Source: Balanoglossus misakiensis
Lineage: Eukaryota > Animalia > Hemichordata
NCBI GenBank assembly: GCA_040954595.2
Contig: CM082588.2
Location: forward strand, 6,584,202 to 6,648,201
Direction: 5' to 3'
Length of the DNA: 64,000 nucleotides
The notes beneath the pieces are model-generated. The model was not told the origin of the DNA, did not search any database, and saw nothing but the letters and a program-made list of their open reading frames with translations. The position numbers were made by a program, and so were the translations under genes. This document shows positions 12,262 to 30,800 of this stretch, piece after piece; within the stretch, counting starts at the first letter, position 1, and the number at the start of each line of letters is the position of its first letter.

Positions 12262-13731
12262 ATGAAGTCCCTCATTGTTTTACTGGCTTTGGTGACATAC
12301 GTGACATGTTACGTGAGTACATTAACTCCCTATGGCATGGTGCGTCTAATGGATGTGAATCCAAGAAACCATTACATGACGTGTCTACCTGAGCCCAGTT
12401 CTTCACATTAAGAATCCCATCCGACATTATATATGCTTCGTCGTCAAGTTTACCACTAAATTCTGGTATTCGTATAGAATGTGACCATTTTATCATTAAC
12501 TACATGCAGTTACATGGCAGGCCGTGGCTCACACGTACAAAATATCACCATTATTCCTTTGGGTGTAACATTTTTACGTAACGTTTTTTCCTTTATTCCT
12601 CCACCATTGCCAACTTCAATTTTATAGGACATGGCTGGTAAGTATGTATGGCACTATACATACAGATCATGCATGTAGTATTCAAACTTTCAGCAGTGGT
12701 GGTAGTGGTGGTGGTGGTGGTGGTGGTGGTACATGATTTGATGTGTTCCCGTTTTTCGCAACAAACAAAACGTCCTTTGTAATAATGTACATCACACATT
12801 TTGATTGTACGTGTTCATTCTCTTATGGTGACAGGTACTTTTACAAGACAGGTCAACGAATGCATGTGCATGAAGTACGAGGTGTACTGCCAGCAGCCAA
12901 ACGATGACAGACCCTACCACGCCAATGCTGCCGCGTTCTGCGCCACGCGCTCGGTGTTACCAGGGGGCCCCAGCGGGCGCCTGGCCGTTCTGAGGGAGGG
13001 CGAGGTGGACTCTCAGATCAGGCACTTCATCTCCACCAACGGCTACGACCAGTCGCCGTGCATCAAGAAGTTCGGCTTCTGGATCGGCCTGGGCGACGCC
13101 GCCGAGGAGGGCGACCACACCTGGTGTGACGGCATCAGTCACTGTGACCAGGACTTCCGGAACTGGGCTTCCGGTGAGCCCAACAACAACTTGAAGAAGA
13201 ACCCAGTCGACGGACAAGACTGTGTTCAACTCTGGTAAGCAGACTAAATAGACCCGGGAATTTTTGGCTCTTGTAAACCTCCATAAATTCGCACTTCTTT
13301 AAATAGTTTCTATTACATGTACATGTACAAACAAATTTCTTTACACGCCATTTTGTCGTTCCTGTAGGTTCCGATTCGGTCATGATGGACTCTGGGACGA
13401 CGAGTATTGTGATCACCGCCCAAAGGGAATCATCTGCGAAATTCCAGGTCAGTAAAGTCAGGTTTCCGGATATTTTTGTTGTAAATGTGTAAGCTTAGTT
13501 GTCAGATGTCATATATTAAGTAATTCACATTCCAAAATTACACGTGGAGAGGATATTTTTAGTTTACATGTATATAATGATATGTATGTATGCAAAGTAG
13601 GTAACTTTTGCATGTCACGTAGATACGTACATGGTTCGGTAAATAATGATGTGAGACTTAAATTTTCGAACAATAATTTATTTCAATGCTTTCTCGAATT
13701 TCTTGTAGATCCACACTGTCACACAGCTTAA
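12262..13731 (+). CDS. Secreted single-domain C-type lectin (EPN/WDD, mannose/GlcNAc type)
   Basis: Signal-peptide exon MKSLIVLLALVTYVTCY (12262-12312). CTLD exon to 13234 with FC...GRLA...FWIGL.D...NWASGEPNN...QDCVQLW. Exon 13368-13447 (FRFGHDGLWDDEYC...GIICEIP). Last exon 13709-13731. AATAAA at ~13839 and ~13895. Confidence 0.9.
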
Positions 13732-14432
13732 AGTGTGACGTCATTGGTATCGACTGCACGGGACTCTGTTATCGGCACTGTACGGCTTAATGGGAACGCC
13801 AAAGAATATTTTGTTGTGTTCCTTACTCAATATATATCAATAAAGGGTTATGTGCATATAAACCACTTCGAGTTCTGCTGTTCAGTCAGTCGACAATAAA
13901 CCTTTGTCGACTTTTAGTTTTTCACTGAACTTTCTACTGAGCAGGGAAGTTGGTGTTATGACAATCATCTGAATTCAGTCCTTCATCTGCACAACCACGC
14001 CAAAGGAAATTTGAGGAAGTTTTAATTTCTTAATGTAACACAGTGACACAGTAACACAGTGCCTGCCTATTCCAATGCCTTATTTTTCAACGCGATAATT
14101 GTTCGCTACGCCTCTACCGACAAAACTTCGAGAAATAGGCCTAGACTCTATCCATATAGGTCTACGCATCCCTGTATACCGTTCACGTGTTCTATACTGG
14201 TCACGGGTTCAGTTGAATATAGGTAAAAGCGCGATGTGTACAAAATCGGGGAGGTCTTTCGTCATCAAACACAAGATGTCTAGACAGCAGAGAATTTCTT
14301 TCGTTTCTGTAATAAAAAGGTAATAATGGTTGTGTGAAAGTAAACATAAAAAGATAACATCGTTTTAACAGACAAGTTGAAAGGCTGAAGGGATAAAAGA
14401 CGTTAAAACTCACAGACTCGTACCGAGTATAG

Positions 14433-15204
14433 CTACACTATGGCAATGTCAATTTGAGGACTATTGAATTTGCATATTTCTTGGAAACGGACAAAACCAT
14501 AGATGGGAACATGTCGTTCAGACATATCTCTACAAGTCACACTATTAACATATTGTTACATATGGACACTAATCCAATCAAGTCGAAATACCCACTTTCC
14601 CAAACTGCTCCGCTTCTTCGATGGTATCCGGCAGTTTCCTGCCCCTCGTCTCCGGCAATAGCAGCACCAGGCAGCCGACCAGAAGCGACGTTATGCCGAA
14701 TACCAGGTTTGGTAAATGTTGCCACCATTTACCCAGGAACAGGAGCTGTGGAGCGAGCATACTGCCAATCATGCCACACGTTGTCGTCACACCACTCCCG
14801 ACCGATCTGGGGGGAAAATATCAAGCGGGTTTTTGTGTAAAGAAATTTGTTGACATTAGCTCACAGTGACACCCAGAATACGAATTCATACAAGAAGTTC
14901 ATAATTGCACTGAAAGATATATTGAACTTTGGACATTAGAGACAAATCTACGTCTGTTACCTTGCTACAGTGGGATACAATTCCACTGCATGGAAAAACG
15001 AAATAGTGTACATTCCAGCGGTACCAAACTTTGCAACCATTGCTAACAATACACTAGGCCATGTGAAGTCACCACCTGTAGATAGCAGAAAGACATAACC
15101 CCATGATAGACCAAGACAAATAGAAGACTACTTCACTATCCAAGTCAAGAACACTTTAAACCCTTGAGGGTTATCCATGTATGTCTGCATGCGTATGCGT
15201 CTTC

Positions 15205-15282
<78 letters not shown>

Positions 15283-18200
15283 ATGTATGTATGTATGTAT
15301 GTATGTATGTATGTATGTATGTATGTATGTATGTATGTATGTATGTATGTATGTATGTATGTATGTATGTATGTATGTATGTATGTATGTATGTATGTAT
15401 GTATGTATGTATGTATGTATGTATGTATGTATGTATGTATGTATGTATGTATGTATGTATGTATGTATGTATGTATGTACGTATAATGTCTGTCTGTCTC
15501 TATATTGTTGTGTGTATACTTACATTTAGGCGTGAATATCATCAAAATGGAAAATACGCAGACCAGTACAGCTGCAGCGAAAAACGTATAACGCCGCCCC
15601 ATTCTACTTTCCATAAAATATATTATACACACGTAGGAGGGAATTTCAACAAGACCACCAACCGCTACGTTAACAAAATCGTTTCCGCTGAGGTTGGCTG
15701 TGTTAAAAGATACACCATAGTAAACCAGGCATGTTAAGCTCCTGTAGTGATAGACAAAGCATGCATATGTTATGGTTCTATTTAAACCATCACGTTAGTA
15801 AGTTTTGATTTTTTGCCACAAGATTATTTACTAAAACCTGAATATACATACATGCTGGCAAAGAGAATGAGTGTCTTCATCCGCATGTTGGGATATCGAA
15901 ACAAATCAAGTGGTTTGAAAAGTGCTACGTCTTCTTCAGTGATTTGTTTCGATTTCTGAAACAGGGAAAAGAGGAGTACGCGTTATCGACGTTTTATTTT
16001 AAAGGGACAAAGTCTCTCTCTCGCTGCCCTTTTCCCATTAATTGTCTTTAATACAAGACACCATTTATGGCCTGAGTGGAGTTCAATGACTGAACCATTG
16101 CACGACGTGAGTACACAGTCCGGCTTACAACACGCATGAGCATAAAGACAACACCTGTGATCTTGGTACGCTGAACTACCTCTCAATCATATCAACCAAT
16201 CACGAGCTTCACAAACCGAACCTGGTGAATGACCCATTTCGATTGGATAGCTGTGAGCCAGTTCATTTGTCAGACGGTCAGTGAGATGACACGTCCACCA
16301 TTCGACTCGATCTTTGAGGTACAAACACCATGGCGGAAAGTAGTGGCAACATCAACGACCTGTTCATTGCCAAGAACAATTTCCGACAACCAAGTGAAGG
16401 TCATGACTGTGACGATATATCATCAGTGGACTGGATTTTCCAGGAGTTTGAGATAATGTACACAAACCATCGGTCGTGGAAAAGGACATTTCTCCTGGCT
16501 TGCAGCCCCCACTGCGCGCATCCTCTACTGTAAGTCAACAATTTCAGTTATTTATTATTCTGTCGATTGAGAATTTTCATTTGAACGTCAACAAGGTACT
16601 TCTGGGTTCGTCGAAAATGGCAACATTTTGTGTAAGGTAAAAAGGAAACCCCAACCAGAGGCCACGCCCAGCACACACAAGATGGCCGATCCAAGTGTGT
16701 GCACCTGGTACATGTACGTGGAAGCAGTTCCTTCTGGGGGAGGCAGCAGTGTCGCGCGTCGCGTCGTGCCGTTGCGTAGCGTCGTATTGAATACAGGCAG
16801 GCATGATACATTAATACTGTCCTGCGGCAAATTTTAATCTTATCCACCTACTTGTTTGATTTTTCCCTGCTCGTGACAATTTAACAAATTATCATCAAAC
16901 ATGTCGTCGGGAAGAACCACTTTGTTCACTGTTGCACTTTTTTGTATAATTTTCTTAGCCTCTTCAAGTCGACCAACTGTTATGAGCCAACGGGGTGACT
17001 CAGGCAATACCCTACGGATAAGAGACGATTTTTAAGATATATGCAAATTACGAATACCCGGATAGATTCATTTCGAAAGTACTGGAAATATTGATTATAT
17101 TAAAATGTCAAAATTGATGACTTTGCCCATTTCAAACGAAAATCAATGCTATAAGACTAGTAAAAGTAATGATAACCACTATGTGACTACTGGTGACAAA
17201 AAGCAACTTTTTACCTTTTGTGAATCTTTCCAGAAACATTACAATATCAGAACACTGTGTCTCAGAATTTTGCAATTTTAATGCTGTATGGAATGTAACC
17301 ATCTACACTATAACTCCGGGTAGTCACCTAGGCAATAACGAATTACTACAAACCGTACCAGTAATAGGGAAAGTACAAAATTGGGACGCCCGCAATGACC
17401 AGCGGAAGCAGCCTCTGACGTGGGATAAAGTATGCAAAAACCGGAACGACAGCAATGCCACAGGCATAAAAACACGAAAACATTACTGTACAAAATGTGC
17501 GTCGTGAAGGACCGACAAACTCAGCGCCTGTAAGAGATAAAAAGCTATGTACAGTTACTATGGTAACTTTTGACAGAAACAAGCACGACTATCGCCGTAA
17601 AAAGGTGCCAGCGATCCTTATCTGACCTGCCATCTTTAGTCAACTCATGGACCTACGGCCCTCATAATTTTGAACCATTTAAAAAGGTAAAATAGGCAGA
17701 CAGACGTATGGACAGACAGACAGACAGACAGGCAGACAGACATGCAGACATTCATACAGACAGACAGACAGACAGTTAGACATAGCATCGACTCACTCAG
17801 AATAAAACCTTGTGTGAAGATTGTAACATTTGCAAAGGCCGCGCAGAATCTGACTATAATATACACAGCGTAATGTGGAGATAACGTCTGTCCAACCCCA
17901 GCCACTGTCACAAGTATCATTGCTCCAAACAACGTCGGTTTCCGACCAAATCTGTCGACAAAAAATACCAAGCGTCAAGGTAAATAAAGGTAAATAAAGG
18001 TGTCACCCATATGTGGAGCATATTATCATTTTTACAAAAGTCAAAAATACTGGATAGTTGAAATCTATACCTGTCTGATACAGGACCGCAACATAACGCT
18101 CCCATCAAACTCCCGAACAAAAAGATGGATGTTGATAAGGCCGCCAGAAATTCCTGATCACAAACCAAATTGAACTGCAGGAAAAAGGTTGATACAAATA

Positions 18201-18290
18201 TTATCTCTATGGTTCTCTATTATCTCTATGGTTCGGTGATTCGAATTCTGTCAGGAGGGAACTACAAAGATTGGTTGGTTGGTTGGTTGG

Positions 18291-18324
<34 letters not shown>

Positions 18325-19549
18325 CAATGCATGGAATGATGAAAGTGTTTTCTATGGCCGAGGTTTGGATGGAAACTACACCCCAAGTACGCGGCCTTTT
18401 TCATGTAGAGGGCCCTTCCAAATAATTGCGTCAGCTCCAAGCAGACGACGAGAAAACGAGGCCAGCAGCTGTCTAAATGTTTTCAACCAAATTAGGGACT
18501 TTTGGGCTTATGCAGCAGAAACTGCCTATATGTGGTTATGTCAGGGACGCCCCTCGCTTCGAAGTCTATGGTGTTTTCCAACCCAAACAGAATCAAGTTC
18601 AAATTTTGGATAAAAGTTGGTACAATTCAGCAATTTGTGAGCTATGTATATCATTAGAACTTCGATCGAGGGCTGATCCAGTTTCTCAAGGGTATGTGCG
18701 CTGTCGAAGGTTGTGTTGCATAGGTTTGTGTACAAATGGATGTTCAAAACGCGAAGGTTTGTTGTTTACTGACATAGTCACGCGCAGTGCTGGGCAAATA
18801 GGACAACGGGCGTACGCGTAATATGGTAGTTTGCAATGTCAGATGGCCAGGTGATAGGAGTCCGGCCTACATATACAGAACTGTAAATTTTCGTGTGTTT
18901 TTTGTGTATACTTCAAGTGTTAAAATGCATACACCTGCAGAGGGTTGGGTGCCTTCAGGAAAGAAAGAGATTGCTGGGTTTTACATCTGGTTGAGATGCC
19001 GTTATGCGTGCATGTAGCTAGTCAGGGCCGACCCCCCCCCCCCAATACACACACACACCGTGAGTCCAAAGTACCAACCGATACTGTTATGTTACAGATA
19101 GCACTTACCTCTTGAATAAAGGTTGACTTGTAGACGGATGTGTCGTAATCCCAGCCTTGGTCGCATTTGATAATCGGACGACTTGTATTCCCGTACATCG
19201 GTTCAAAAAAGACGGTGACGTCACTAACGTTTAAGTCGTATTTGTGACAGCTGCTGAATTTCCACTTGTCATCTCCGCAGGCCGAGGGGGCCTTTTCCCT
19301 AGGTAACATGAACCCCTTCAGTGCAATCTCACAGTCTATCGTGCCATTGAACAAGGCCTCGCACTGGTCGACCAGGGTCTCGAAGTTGGCCATCGTACAC
19401 CAGTGATCCGTTTCTGCTTGTATGAACACGGTCGAAAACAGGGATATACCCACTGGAATCGCCAACAGGGCTGTCAGGCCAAAACACCGCTTCTGGTATG
19501 GGCCAAATTCACCGATAACATCGGTCAAAATATCGTCGTATTTTAACAT
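14433..19549 (-). CDS. SLC22 organic cation transporter-like gene (multi-exon)
   Basis: Exon 1 (19549-19109): MLKYDDILTDVIGEFGPYQKR...CDQGWDYDTSVYKSTFIQE. Later exons carry SDRFGRKP, EFVGPSRR, LPESPRWL, DLFRYPNMR, ELYPTVAR and LLLPETRGRKLPDTIEEAE. The final exon and stop near 14433 are approximate. Confidence 0.9.
15206..15477. repeat. Compound microsatellite (GTCT)n(GT)n(GTAT)n, intronic
   Basis: Directly visible. Confidence 0.97.
17696..17773. repeat. Imperfect (AGAC)n microsatellite
   Basis: Directly visible. Confidence 0.85.
18271..18320. repeat. (TTGG)n(TTGA)n microsatellite
   Basis: Directly visible. Confidence 0.9.
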
Positions 19550-20871
19550 ATCCGAAGTTATATGTAAATATCCGCGTATGGATCAGAGTTTGTAAATGAA
19601 GCTTCCAGGAGTATGATTTGTACACTACATAATAAAATGGAATAATGGCAGCTCGGTGTAAAATTGTGTTTTACCTACTTCGGGTGAAACCACTGACTAA
19701 GTAATAATCCACGTGCATTTTAACCTTCCATGCCGCTTGTAAACAAGGTGGGGTGATACAGTTATCTGGGTTAAACCATTTATAGGGGGTGATCAGGGAC
19801 GAACTTCTCACCGCAGTATGTTTGGTATACTACAGGTGTGTTTTCACTTTTTAAACGGCGCGTGCTGTCGCAGCTAATGTCACTCGAAACCGAAATTTGT
19901 CCAGATAAACATCTCTTAAAGCTACCCGAAAAAGAACTTCATTGCATGCGCCCCTATTATAACCAGTGGTATCGCCCATTGTCAAAAGAATGGCCTTTTC
20001 TTGCTGAAACTGCATTCCGTTGTTTCCTTATAATTATGATGTTTGCAATTTATTTAATATAAAGTGAAATGAGAGAAAAAATCGAAAGGACATGACCAGT
20101 AACTTTTTGGCTTTAATTTCAGTATTTTTTGTTTTGTGTACCAAATGCAATTTCTTGATCTACTCCAAACAGCATGCTAGTATACCGAGTACTCCGCTTA
20201 GCATTGTTTGTATGTAACGGCCATTGTGATTGTTGGCAGGTGAATTCTAGTCCGGACCTGAATTAAAATGTTGCACAGCAATGATAGATACATGCAAGCC
20301 CGACAAGAAAATCTGCATATGCAAAACCTTATTTAAATGAAATGGTGTTGACTCTGCCTATAGGCGGAGGGCGACAGACCCATACTCAGAGAAACTGTCC
20401 AGGCTTTCAAGTAAACAATCAATCATTCAAAGGTTGACGATTGATGATTATGGCAAAGTGACCGCAATAATTGTAACAATTTGTATTATTTTGATCCAGA
20501 AGGATATGAAAACTCAAAAAAAAAAAAAAAATTAAAGCAAATGGGAAAAATACAATATTCCTTTTTTCTGTCCCGGCGCAATTGAAGACGTTAAGTCTTG
20601 ACTTTTTCAATAGTACAGACGAAAAAGCTCGCTAATCCTTTCAACTGATGCCAAGGATCTCAAGATTCGAGATTGAATGTGTCAGAGGTCAGGATTACAC
20701 GATTGTGAAATATAGAAGAGTTGATCTGATTTGTGGATTCCTTCCACACATATCATGGGAATTAATCTGCAGAGCCCGTCGTGACTTTGCTTATAGTTTA
20801 GATTACAACCGAGACTTGCCAGACAACAAAATCTGTGTTGGGCGTTGTCGTTTGCTCGCGGGGTTCTAAGA

Positions 20872-25601
<4,730 letters not shown>

Positions 25602-27843
25602 GAAGAACACAATGCATGATAGGGATGACATTGCAGATGTTGAACAGTGTGAACATGTGTGATGGGGTCGGAGTCCAGTTGACGTTTGAATCTACTTTCG
25701 TATACTACTGGGGAATATCTGGGTGTTGTATAAATAGTTCGCTATCAGATAAAATTTGGAATTTGTTTTTTACACATCTCTAAGATCATGTCAGCAATAA
25801 GAAACTGCCTCGGACATGGACTCAACTTAAATCTACAATTTTCGGTGTGTCCCCGGACAATTTTATCGATATCGTACTCAAAAGGTTCGCACGCAAACAA
25901 TGATAATTTAAAGATGCGGTAATATTTTATCCTGGTATCGTTTATTGTACATTTTCAGTGACAAGGAAAATGAAATTGGTTAATATTGAAGGCAAAATTA
26001 TTCCATGACCTACAAGAGATGAAATCACACTAGAATTATTAGAGAGCAATAGAATCACACAACACGGTGTCAGAAAAATGGTCAAACCTGTTACATATTA
26101 TCCTCAGATAACCTAAAATTGTTCTATGTTACTCACTTTGCAAATGATACTGAAATGAATGAGGATTACTTCCAATATGTGTTCAGTGGACGTGAAAATT
26201 CTTGCGAGAGACGCTCATTTATGAATTTATAATTTTTGCTGAAAATCATTGTAGTCATTTGTGGGCTCCTTGTCGTTGGTGGCGTCCCGCTGCGCAGGTG
26301 AGACGTCACTGACCTGTGACGTAATACTCGGGATGTGCTGCACGTGGTCTGCGAGGTCATCCGCATACAGAAGCAGAACGACCTGGACTCTCTCAAGCAA
26401 CATGGCTCGGACTGGAAGCACCGGAAGGAAATTGCCCACAGGCCGAAATTCAAGCTCAACCTACACTATATATCAGGTTAGTAACCGGTATTTACTGGGT
26501 TCCGGAAACGTTTGACATTGTTACGCCCTCAATAGTTTGGCTAAGCAAAACAGGCACATGAAGAAGCCAGCGTGGTGTTGTAGCGGAGCTTAGCAAACAA
26601 AGGGCTCGCTGTTGAACGTTGAGGGTGCACATCCATGCGTTTGCGAAGGCGGAGAGGTCCTTTTCTCTATTGACTATCCATTACTATACAATAATGGATT
26701 CGTAAATAAAATTATACCATCTTGGCTGCCCAGTACCTAAGTATACGTAGTTTGCCTGGTCTACCACAAAGTTCCCAAGTAAAGGATCCCGACATGTATT
26801 TAGTTTTGGCCACTGTAAATGATTCCCTCATCGTGTGCCGAGTTCTAGTCGTTGATAAAGGACGGTACTATAGCGTTTTTCAGTCCGAATACATTGCCCA
26901 CGATCGTGCTGAGTGAAGTGTATTGTGTTCTCCATGCGACGTTTTGCGTTTCTGTGTATGATGGAATGGATTTCAAGTATTGCCTACTATATCGTGTATT
27001 TGTCTTGACTTAAGTTTATAATTGTCGACGCTTTTCCTCTCGAAAACCTGTGAAAAAAAACGGGGATGCTAGATTGGACAACATTACGGGTAAACCCCGG
27101 GGAAATTACGTGAAACCAAGTACGTCACGAGTCGTGATTATGGCCAGAATTTAACAACTGCTGGACACGCAAAGGTCAAAAGTCATCAGACAAGTGGACT
27201 GTTGATAACCTATAGACCGATGCCGCACTCGACTTGCGCAGTCATCGTATACTTGCAGCAGGGCACGGCATAATCCCTTTAGGGGGAACTACGCAACCAC
27301 TTCCCGCGTACTTTCTGCACTGGTGCTGAACACTTCGTTTGGGCTTCATATCTCCATAATGGTCTTGGTTACCATATGAGGTAAGTTCAGGTGCAAATTG
27401 TATTGCATTTTATCTCAAAAAAATGAACGATTTGCTTAATTAGATGATCATACTTGAATGGGCTTGTTGAAAGCTAGCCTCCGCCCGATGATGTATGTTT
27501 AGCGTAACGTTTGCGTTTAGAGGTACATGTAAATATGGGTCCGTGCCCACAAGCATGACCAGTGCAAATAATGAAGCCCCTGTATCGATATTGATATAAC
27601 GGGTGCGTGTGTCTTTCCCTGGGGAGGAGATTAATGAGAAATCCTTGCTTTTGGATGCAGACTGTAGAAGTACCGGTAGTACCTTCGCTGAGTATGGCAT
27701 TAATCCGGTCCACGAGTGAGCACGCAATCACGCCATACTGTGAGTGTTATTAGTTCATGTTTCATTGCAATGAACTTATTAGTATATTCTGTTAACGTTT
27801 GCAGCTTTATAGTTAGACGGCCGTGGCAACATCCAACAAGAAT

Positions 27844-30800
27844 ATGGAGAAACAAGGCGTAAGGCAGAGAATCTTGAAGCAGCAGAGTCTGTACACCTTG
27901 CCGCCATATTTGAAACGAGAGACGGACCTGCAGAAGATCGACTTGTCGGTCAACAAGATCGCGAGTCTCCCCCCGGAAATGAAGAACTTCCAGAATTTGG
28001 AGGAACTGATACTGAACACCAACAAATTTACAGAATTCCCTGTCATACTCACAAACTGTCTCAAGCTGCACACTCTCGATTTGGCGGGCAACGAGATCAA
28101 ATGTCTGGCGCCGAGCATCGGTAAGCTGAAGAACTTGTCCAAGCTGTGGCTCGGGTGGAACGACTTCGCCGAGTTTCCGACACAACTGTGCGTCCCCGCG
28201 CTCCAGAATTTGACGGAGCTGCACATCTCGAACAACAAGATCTCGTCGCTTCCCACCACAATTTCAGTCTTCTACGGACTGCAAGTGTTGGATGTGAGCC
28301 ACAATTTGCTAGAGTCCTTGCACGATGATATATGCAGCCTGGAGTCTTTGAAAACTCTGCGCGCGACCAACAACAAGTTGGTCTCTCTGCCGCCAAAACT
28401 GACGCTCTCGCTCGAGTCGTTGAAAGTGCTGGACGTGGTCGGCAATCCGTTGAAAGAACCACCGCTTGAGGTTTGCAAGCAAGGCGTGAGCGAAGTCAGA
28501 AGATACCAACGTCAACGTTGTCCTGTTGAAGAAGATGAACTCGCTGACGTCACCGATGCCAACGGTAAGACAATCACAGAGAAAATTTTCCGCTGGCCAA
28601 TTTCATGGCAAAAGTCATGAGCAAAGCTGCGTTTCTATGTCTACGGCATCTTCAATTTTATCGAGAAAAAAAATGTTGGCCAATTTCACAACAAAATAGC
28701 AGATTTATTTTTTACTATTTTATTATTTTAGGCTGTGACATCTTCAATATAAGTTTAATAAAAATACTCGCGTGCAGAGATATTTCAAGATATGAAAGCG
28801 TTGGGGTACTACCCAATACAGAATCTAGGGAGATTTAGGAGATATATTGGCTGTGAAGAAATGAGCCTTTAAAAATATATCCATTTTGTAATGCCAAAAA
28901 TTAATGAAAAAAATGCTTTTACTGAATTATTTTAAACGGTTCTGTGCAATTGCAAACTGCCCCTCAATTTATGTGATGTATGCAGAACTGTGATCAGTTT
29001 GGAGAGAAGGTTTTCCAAAAAGCGGCGTATCCGGTTAAGCAGATCCGCAAGTTCCGTGATTGGACGTGGAGTGCTTCTCACTTTATCAGAGAGACTGCCG
29101 TTCTAATGTGTAATGTATATAAGCAGACATAAAACAACTTTATTAAATTCCCATTGTCTAACTCGCCAAATGAAATATATCAAGACTTAACGATGACATT
29201 TGGCAATCGTACCGCGGCCCAGCCGATCGATGCGGAATTATTTGAATCATTGCCTCGCTAAAGTGGCCACAAATCGTCGACAAACAAAGTTGATTTCGGT
29301 GTGCGCGTCGATTTAGGTCAAACCGCGACCCCGTGGTATTTTAATCGCCACTGTACTACACCTGTACGGCGCATACCTCACGACTCATTGTCCGGGGTCC
29401 TTGGAGCTTACCAGCGGCGACCACGGGACCACAATACGATCGACCCAAACCACAATAACTTATCGATCGGTGGCTATCTGAACTGAGGAATTAGGTGACA
29501 TTCGGTTTACAGAGCCGGCCCAGGGCATCTCCTCAATAGCAATGGTCCTTGTGAACAGTTAATGCATAAAAAGCTATGTGGCAGACTTGAAATGATGCCA
29601 AGCTTATATACGAGGGACGATGCTAAGACTCCTTCTGGAAAATTGCATTTCACGAACACTGTTAAAATCAACTCATACAAATGCAGATTATTATATGAAT
29701 GTGATATATGTGTAACTTAAGTAGATGTTAAACGTACACGGTCACCTCCAGGTTGATTTACATATGTCCATAAAAGGCAAAAATGACGTATCTGAGTGTT
29801 CTCAAGAACATATCGTGAACCTTTTTTTTCGCGTGTGTCACCCACTGAAAATCTGTGACTGGCTAGATCTCAGTTTGCCATGGTAACTGTAGGTAAATTC
29901 CAATGGCATAGGAAGTCACGACGCAGTCTTTCGAATAAACCTTTGCTTGGTTTTCTACTTGAAAATTGCACCATATTATACAGTTGGAACTTTATAATGT
30001 TTACATTTGGACCGTTGCCACGGTAACCAGACACGCGATATCGTGTCGCATGCGCATTGTATTGCCTTCTCGTACAATAAGTGTGTTTTGAGTTAAAGGT
30101 TGTCCTACATTAGGTTAACAAACTTTCGGACAAAACGTTCCTCCTTTCATGAAATCGCCGTCCTAGCCGCGAAGACAGTGTCGACTTTCAACGTCGATAA
30201 GTTTCAACCCAATAGCAAGCTTTAGACCCCAACAAAACAAGCTTCGGGTATTTCTGAAAACAATTTGTGAAGGGCGATGAAAAATTTCACGTCCATGCAG
30301 ATGACATGTCCTTCACCTATCTTGACCATTTTCTCACATGCATTCATCTTCTTAACATTGGAATCGCCAAATAGGTAACCGCATTGTCAGCGATGAGGAC
30401 AGCAGGGTCGTCGAAGGTCAGGAAGAAAGCCCTACATACTCGGCAGCCAGTGAAGAACCCTTCGATGGAGGGCCCTCTAACGGCCCGCTTAGACGTGGCG
30501 AGTGTCGTGGATTTACAGTCAAACCAAACAGCAAGGTAATACATGTACATGTACAAGCGCTTACGGTTTATGTTGTACTTAGCTGTCTATATCTTCATGT
30601 GCTTGCAGTGAAAGATAGGCGTTTGATAACGACTCTTCAGTCAATACTACATCGCTATAGTAAATGATATAATAATCATAAGTATGACATTTCTAGTACT
30701 GTAATTAATTTATCTGAAAATGTCAATTGGCCCAAGATCATCTAAAATACAGGCCTTACCACTTACAAAAAATCAGTGTAGACAATTCAAAGATACTTTA

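Noticed and set aside
15164-15737. ORFs with MYVC/HTYI repeats (likewise poly-M, FIYL, poly-V/T and KQSKA ORFs at 22-31 kb)
   Set aside because: Translations of intronic microsatellites.
16200-16850. Possible nested gene or transposon fragment in an SLC22 intron
   Set aside because: Only short ORFs with no recognisable motif or consistent exon chain.
27100-27600. p53 response element upstream of the PIDD1-like gene
   Set aside because: Only isolated, mismatched RRRCWWGYYY half-sites; no paired element.
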